15,774 bases of DNA, from positions 1 through 15,774 of the forward strand of contig JAZDFM010000026.1 of NCBI GenBank assembly GCA_043807825.1, given 5' to 3'. This document shows, piece after piece, positions 15,679 to 15,774 of the stretch. The notes under the pieces were generated by a model. The model had not been told where the DNA came from and made no database searches. It was given only the letters and a program-made list of their open reading frames with translations. Every line of letters begins with the position of its first letter. The stretch's first letter is position 1. Both the position numbers and the translations under genes were made by a program. Origin of the DNA: a bacterium (GTDB lineage: Bacteria; Patescibacteriota; Patescibacteriia; Patescibacteriales; GWC2-42-12).

Positions 15679-15774
15679 ATGAAGTTTAAAAACAAAGGTT
15701 TTACTATAATAGAATTAATGGTAGTAGTAGCCATTATCGGCATCTTAACTGCTCTTATAACTATTTCTTTTTCT
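15679..15774 (+). CDS. type IV pilin (prepilin) N-terminal fragment, continues beyond the window
   Basis: MKFKNKG|FTIIELMVVVAIIGILTALITISFS. Canonical class III leader, with Phe+1 and Glu+5 followed by a hydrophobic helix. Confidence 0.8.
   Translation, partial: MKFKNKGFTIIELMVVVAIIGILTALITISFS

Overview
This is an AT-rich bacterial fragment. Its gene content and repeat families look like a small-genome Patescibacteria/CPR-type organism, but that is inference only. All ORFs read cleanly with the standard code.

Layout:
(1) 1-2367: the tail of a PKD-domain surface protein, an AT-rich two-ORF module of unknown function, and two tandem paralogous membrane-anchored proteins.
(2) 2393-7356: a 984-aa secreted or lipid-anchored protein (zinc phospholipase-C/S1-P1-like domain, then a linker, then Ig-like repeats), followed directly by four tightly coupled type IV minor-pilin-like genes.
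(3) 7370-11320: housekeeping ligA-gatC-gatA.
(4) 11350-11837: a small ORF with a possible LAGLIDADG-like motif that overlaps the 5' end of tRNA-Ser(GGA).
(5) about 11838-15480: an AT-rich accessory island beside the tRNA.
(6) 15679-end: the start of another type IV pilin gene.

The island is the most interesting part. It carries an XRE-type controller protein and a candidate restriction endonuclease. These converge on, and overlap by 9 bp, a single ORF that fuses an apparently complete, cleavage-competent LexA to a beta-class DPPY DNA methyltransferase. That fusion gene is divergently and tightly coupled, through overlapping promoters, to a HEPN-motif (RNQIEH) DUF3644-like protein. I read this as a candidate SOS-gated restriction-modification/abortive-infection module.

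Two families of miniature palindromic repeats are also present. One of them is inserted in-frame in the essential gatA gene and three times in the surface protein.
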